Shown one piece after another: positions 60,701 to 64,000 of a DNA stretch of 64,000 nucleotides. Each line of letters begins with the position of its first letter. The first letter of the stretch is position 1. A program made the translations under genes and the position numbers. The notes under the pieces are model-generated. The model was not told the origin of the DNA. It was given only the letters and a program-made list of their open reading frames with translations, and did no database searches. The stretch is from an uncultured Nitrospiraceae bacterium (GTDB lineage Bacteria > Nitrospirota > Nitrospiria > Nitrospirales > Nitrospiraceae), in the NCBI GenBank assembly GCA_963730935.1, contig CAVSTP010000003.1, positions 32,001 through 96,000 on the forward strand, read 5' to 3'.

Positions 60701-63503
60701 CGACAAAGCAGAGGACGTCGACACGGTCCGGCAATTGCTGCGGGCACATGAATACTGGCGGATGAAACAATTGTCCGCCGACGTGATCATCCTGAACGAA
60801 AAGCCGGCGTCCTACGAACAGGATCTGCAAGGCTCCCTGGAGGTGCTCGTGCGTGGCAGCCGCTTGCGCCTTGTGCCGGATATCGCCGGCGCGCGCGGCG
60901 ACATTTATCTCCTGCGGGCCGACCTGCTTTCCGCACAAGAGCGGATGCTGCTGCAGCAGATCGCCAGGGTCGTCCTGCTGAGTCGGCGGGGCACTTTGGC
61001 GGAGCAGGTCACTCGATTACAGCGCAGGCACAGTACGCCGCCGCCGAACCTGCCGTCACCGCGTAGGAGCAAACGCCTGGATGTGCCGTTGCTTGAACGA
61101 GAACTCGAATTCTTTAACGGCCTAGGCGGTTTCGCGGACGATGGCCGCGAATATGTCACGATCCTCGGCGAAGGGCTGCGGACGCCGCAGCCCTGGATTA
61201 ACGTCATCGCAAATCCGTCGTTCGGGTTTCTCGTATCGGAATCCGGTTCCGGGTTCACCTGGTCGCTGAACAGCCACGAAAATCAACTAACGCCTTGGTC
61301 GAACGATCCGGTGACTGATCCGTCAGGAGAAATGCTCTATATCCGCGATGACGATTCAGAGGAAATCTGGGGGCCCACGGCGCTGCCGATTCGCGATCCA
61401 GCGCCCTATGTGGCTTGCCACGGACAAGGCTATAGCCGGTTCCATCATGGTTCACATGGGATCCTGGTCGAATTGCTGCAGTTTGTGCCGCCTGAAGACC
61501 CGATCAAGATCTCTCGGCTCACGTTACAGAATGCGTCCGGCCGCTCGCGTCGCCTTTCTGTCACGGCCTATACCGAGTGGGTCCTGGGAAGCTCGCGTGG
61601 TGACTCCACGCCGTACATCATTACGGAGATCGATACGGAGACCGGAGCGCTCTTTGCACGTAACATGCTGGGCGGCGAGTTCCGTGGGCGCATCGCCTTT
61701 GTTGATCTTGCCGGGAAGCAAACCTCCTGGACAGGTGATCGCACAGAATTCCTGGGTCGCAATGGGACCCCCGAGCGTCCTCTGGCGCTTGAACTTGGAG
61801 GTGAGTTGTCTAGGAAGGTGGGCGCCGGGCTCGACCCCTGTGCCGCGTTGCAGCTGTCTATTGAGCTGCAGGCAGGCGAACGTGCGGAAATTGTCTGGTT
61901 TCTTGGACAGACCGAGGGGAGGGAACAGGCGCGTCGGTTGCTCAACCGGTACCGTGGCGCCGATGTGAACGCGCTCTTGCACGAAGTCGTTCGCCGTTGG
62001 GACGACGTGCTGGGCGCCGTAGAGGTCCGGACGCCGGAGCGGGCTATGGACGTATTGCTAAATCGCTGGGTGCTCTATCAGACGCTGGTTTGCCGGGTTT
62101 GGGCACGCGCGGCGTTTTATCAGCTGAGCGGGGCCTATGGGTTTCGTGACCAACTCCAGGATGTGATGGCCCTCAGCGTCTCGGCCCGCGATGTCACACG
62201 CGAGCATTTGTTGCGGGCAGCTGCGCGGCAGTTCACGGAGGGTGATGTTCAGCACTGGTGGCATCCTCCATCCGGGCGCGGTGTACGGACCCGCATCTCC
62301 GATGATCTGCTCTGGCTGCCGTACGCAGTCATCCAGTTCCTTGAAGTTACTGGCGATACGGCCCTGTTGGATGAATTGGTGCCTTTTCTTGAAGGCCCGG
62401 CCTTGGCGGAAGGACAACATGAATTGTATTTTGAGCCGCGAGTGTCTGAGATGCGCGCGACCCTCTTTGAGCATTGTGCGCGCGCGTTGGACCGAAGCCT
62501 TGCCGTTGGGAGTCACGGCCTTCCGCTCATGGGTACCGGAGATTGGAATGACGGGATGAATCGTGTCGGTCAACAGGGCAGGGGTGAAAGCGTCTGGCTC
62601 GCCTGGTTTCTACACACGGTGCTTTGGGAGTTCGCCAAGGTGGCGGCCCAGCGCGGCGAACATGTTCGTGCAGAAACGTGGCGGCTCCACGTGAGTGCAT
62701 TGAAGGCCGCGATCGAACGGGACGGGTGGGATGGAGAATGGTACCGCCGCGCGTACTTTGACGACGGTACGCCACTCGGTTCCGCTACAGATCCGGAGTG
62801 CCGCATCGATTCCATTGCGCAATCCTGGGGAATAATCAGCGGCGCTGCAGACCCGGGCCGTGGAGCGCGCGCCATGGCGGCGGTGGAACAGCATCTTGTG
62901 AACCGGCGGGACGGGCTCATTCTTCTCCTGACTCCACCGTTCGACCGTATGTCGCGGGATCCTGGCTATATCAAAGGATACGTGCCTGGCATTCGTGAAA
63001 ATGGCGGCCAATATACCCACGCGGCCGTCTGGACCCTGCTGGCATTCGTGGCAATGGGTGATGGCGACAAGGCCGGCGAGTTGTTTCGCATGCTAAATCC
63101 TATTCATCGCGTCTCTTCGCGATCGAAGGTCCAGCGTTACAAGGTCGAGCCATACGTCATAGCAGGTGACGTGTATAGCGATCCTCTGCATGCCGGCTGC
63201 GGGGGATGGACCTGGTACAGTGGTTCGGCGGGCTGGCTCTATCGGGCCGGTGTGGAATGGATGCTTGGCTTCCGCTTGCGCGGTTCCACCCTCTCCATCG
63301 ATCCTTGCATTCCGCGCCACTGGCCGGGATATTCTATTCGTTTCCGGTATCATTCGGCGCTCTATGACATTACGGTTGAGAATCCGCGCAATGCGACCCG
63401 TGGCGTGACGGTGACCGAACTGGATGGCGCGCCGTTGATAGGTCGTGACAATATTCCACTCGTCGCCGCCGGCGAGCACCACATTCGCATCGTACTTGGA
63501 TGA
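54711..63503 (+). CDS. ndvB: Cyclic beta-1,2-glucan synthase (GT84 plus C-terminal GH94 phosphorylase)
   Basis: 2930 aa; EWL.DNF, WMGWERKRGKL, YVITLDADT, LSHDLFEG, RW.RGDWQ, RTSPTNIG, GAYGFRDQLQD, GDWNDGMN, ENGGQYTH. Confidence 0.96.
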   Translation: MVRSSTTLDPELEEPIRAELFGVERLEQHAESLAAAQIITGALRRGQLLTPRVLENGRVLVKSYQIIASAIRGEKTITPAAEWLVDNFHIVDEQLREIIDDLPPGYYRQLPKLASGHLQNYPRVFGVAWAFVAHTDSRFDPDMLRRFVAAYQRVQPLTIGELWAVAISLRIVLVENLRRLAERIVHSRAARLEADELADSLLGAAALAPEPVPTALRRLEHRPLATAFAVQLVQRLRDLDPKVRPVLVWLDERLAAQGTTANDIVQAEHQQQAAMSVTVRNIITSMRLTSAFDWAVFFENVSLVDRILQRDPRYAEMDFVTRDTYRHAIEDLSRGTGFSEIDVTERIMDRAKRAAGEPHASGEPERERHMDPGYYLISQGRQAFERELGYRVTWKRQIRRWYVRASAPGYLGSITVVTAMVMALPLWQASEVNVSAAGFALLAFLALVPASDLAMALINRTVMAILKPRPLPRMELRNGIPKELRTIVVVPTLLTNLQAIDEQVERLEVHYLANSDDDLRFALLSDWRDAPSEHMPGDAELLNTAVEGIARLNKRYGSASGGGSRFVLFHRRRVWNESEHTWMGWERKRGKLHELNQLLRGSTGTTFISVGEPLSESFPSVRYVITLDADTRLPRGAARRLIGTMAHPLNRPRFDRLAGRVVEGYGVVQPRITPSLPSNGEGSGFQATFSGPSGIDPYASAVSDVYQDLFREGSYTGKGIYEIDAFEAALADKVPDNSMLSHDLFEGLFARAALATDIELFEAFPSHYEAAAARHHRWARGDWQLLPWILGRGHARSETRRAVAIPAIGRWKILDNLRRTLSAPFAFLTLIVGWLLPAGSPWVWSGFILVTIAIPSLLSFVLGLYPRRRGIALRSHTRGAIADLKLAATQIALTVTFLPYQTWLMSDAILRTLGRLLITRTHLLEWVTAAQAEDAYTHKLAGMYRRMGGGIVLTVAAACGVVVFGSYESWAAAAPFILLWLASPAVARWVSLPLRLTGAGPVSPGDARTLRLIARRTWRFFETFVSPEDHALPPDNFQEDPKAVVAHRTSPTNIGLYLLSTLVARDLGWLGTMEAAERLEATLATMNQLVLFHGHFYNWYDTRTLNPLEPKYVSSVDSGNLAGHLVALGNGCRELIQQSPVEGDLFAGMDDAIALLREALADIPDQQGTHTVTRKQLSQAVDVLATSLLSRPVDAAGWTTRFAQLSAWSHTVADMAQALAQERADGPHSELLIWADAVRSCVESHLRDMELSLPWVRLSRKDLAAMFDRPAGLVPEWATIAPFFHPVPTLATAPERFTAALRALDRLREDSLSNPSQNRPSLTRIALLADAIQQSAADAAALIRRLTIITQTVEQMARAMDFTFLFDPTRKLLSIGYRVTENSLEPNCYDLLASEARLASFMAIAKGDVPSSHWFHLGRALTPVENGAALISWSGSIFEYLMPALVMRFPAGSLLSRTYELIVRRQIQYGEERGVPWGVSESAYNARDLDLTYQYSSFGVPGLGLKRGLIDDVVVAPYAAALAAMIDPAAATQDFARLAEAGGRGSYGFYEALDYTGTRVPEGKDVAIVRAYMSHHQGMSLVAIANVLNDGVMRNRFHAEPMVRATELLLQERTPHDVPVARPRAEEVSAVAQIRDLIPPVLRRFTSPHEATPRTHLLSNGRYAVMLTAAGSGYSRWRDIAVTRWREDATRDCWGSYMFLRDTQTGYVWSAGYQPSGVEADDYEVSFSEERVEIIRRDGDWSTTLEVVVSSEDDAEVRRISVTNMGTGARDLQVTSYAELSLAPQAVDVAHPAFANLFVQTEFVPETGALLATRRKRSDEEATVWAAQVVVVEGDTVGELQYETDRARFLGRGHHVRTAVSMIDGRPLSNTVGSVLDPVLSLRRTVRVLPGETVRVVFSTIVGQTRDQVLDLADKYSDPRVFERAMSLGWTQTQVQLHHLGIGTDEAQLFQRLANAVLYSDASLRPSSETLGHSTVERTALWAHGISGDLPIVLACIDKAEDVDTVRQLLRAHEYWRMKQLSADVIILNEKPASYEQDLQGSLEVLVRGSRLRLVPDIAGARGDIYLLRADLLSAQERMLLQQIARVVLLSRRGTLAEQVTRLQRRHSTPPPNLPSPRRSKRLDVPLLERELEFFNGLGGFADDGREYVTILGEGLRTPQPWINVIANPSFGFLVSESGSGFTWSLNSHENQLTPWSNDPVTDPSGEMLYIRDDDSEEIWGPTALPIRDPAPYVACHGQGYSRFHHGSHGILVELLQFVPPEDPIKISRLTLQNASGRSRRLSVTAYTEWVLGSSRGDSTPYIITEIDTETGALFARNMLGGEFRGRIAFVDLAGKQTSWTGDRTEFLGRNGTPERPLALELGGELSRKVGAGLDPCAALQLSIELQAGERAEIVWFLGQTEGREQARRLLNRYRGADVNALLHEVVRRWDDVLGAVEVRTPERAMDVLLNRWVLYQTLVCRVWARAAFYQLSGAYGFRDQLQDVMALSVSARDVTREHLLRAAARQFTEGDVQHWWHPPSGRGVRTRISDDLLWLPYAVIQFLEVTGDTALLDELVPFLEGPALAEGQHELYFEPRVSEMRATLFEHCARALDRSLAVGSHGLPLMGTGDWNDGMNRVGQQGRGESVWLAWFLHTVLWEFAKVAAQRGEHVRAETWRLHVSALKAAIERDGWDGEWYRRAYFDDGTPLGSATDPECRIDSIAQSWGIISGAADPGRGARAMAAVEQHLVNRRDGLILLLTPPFDRMSRDPGYIKGYVPGIRENGGQYTHAAVWTLLAFVAMGDGDKAGELFRMLNPIHRVSSRSKVQRYKVEPYVIAGDVYSDPLHAGCGGWTWYSGSAGWLYRAGVEWMLGFRLRGSTLSIDPCIPRHWPGYSIRFRYHSALYDITVENPRNATRGVTVTELDGAPLIGRDNIPLVAAGEHHIRIVLG

Positions 63504-63605
63504 TGTATGGCAAAGGTAGTCACTCGCCGTAGGTCATTCACGCTCAGCTGACTAGCTCGCTGCTTCTACCCCATCACCGAGCGTTACAAAACCTCCCTGC
63601 CTCCA

Positions 63606-63650
63606 TTCGTAAACCCGAGGTCGCTGGTTCGATTCCAGTCGCCGGCTCCA
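63606..63650 (+). repeat. tRNA-Thr(CGT)-like 3' half (att remnant)
   Basis: ttCGTaa loop, T-arm gctgg-ttcgatt-ccagt, cgccggctcca end; upstream sequence is not a tRNA 5' half. Confidence 0.85.
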
Positions 63651-64000
63651 GATTGCGAAGCAACTGGTACTACAACGACGTGTACAAGCTGCATTGCACA
63701 AGACTGCGGGAAGCGGAGATCTTCTCGAAGTATCTATCCTCAAGGCCATTTCGAGGGTGCAAGTGCTGAACAGACTCGTGAGTTAGCCCACCGTTCGACG
63801 TGTTTCCGGCATCCTCTCGCCATAGCAAGAACTGCCACATTCGCAAAACTCAATAAAGTAAAAATACCACCTCGTAGGACGGATGCCCTAGCGTTAATCC
63901 CAGTACGATGAATGTTCTTAGTTCTATATTTTTTGGCACTTGTGTCGGGAACCTCGTTTGACCCCGAACAAACCACTCATGTCTTCCACGTTCCCCCTCA

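Noticed and set aside
54985..63482. Many short ORFs within ndvB (similarly within katE and the radical SAM gene)
   Set aside because: Alternate-frame or antisense ORFs expected in GC-rich coding DNA
63560..63650. Intact tRNA-Thr gene
   Set aside because: Upstream sequence cannot pair with the acceptor or anticodon stems

Overview
Bacterial window, most consistent with a Nitrospira-like genome (five-subunit-type 2-oxoacid:ferredoxin oxidoreductase beta subunit plus many small paralogous hypothetical proteins). 1-3 kb is the end of an ArnT/GT2 envelope-modification cluster. 3.7-10.5 kb holds small cassettes next to tRNA-3'-end att remnants, including a DUF6502-DUF5666 pair with a palindromic operator and an AT-rich ATP-grasp/methyltransferase pair. 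10.8-17 kb holds redox/Fe-S genes (ferredoxin, iscU, orphan forB). About 17-63.5 kb is a partly decayed general-stress island (katE, Hsp20, CsbD-like x2, ferritin-like x2, GroES, DUF2934 proteins, PsiE, PstS-like, Crp/Fnr regulator, B12 radical SAM, cyclic beta-1,2-glucan synthase) ending at another tRNA 3' fragment. The strongest signals are non-coding. (1) An ~85-nt imperfect-hairpin leader occurs 8 times; in the clearest copies it starts just after a sigma70-like -10, and it shows wobble and covarying pairs. (2) A 16-bp TGAGC-N6-GACCA box occurs 9 times, in 8 cases 21-22 bp upstream of a -10-like hexamer, which is Crp/Fnr class II geometry. The two elements mark different promoters. No CRISPR array, intact tRNA/rRNA, integrase or transposase was found. 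All family calls come from motif recognition by eye; no database search was run.
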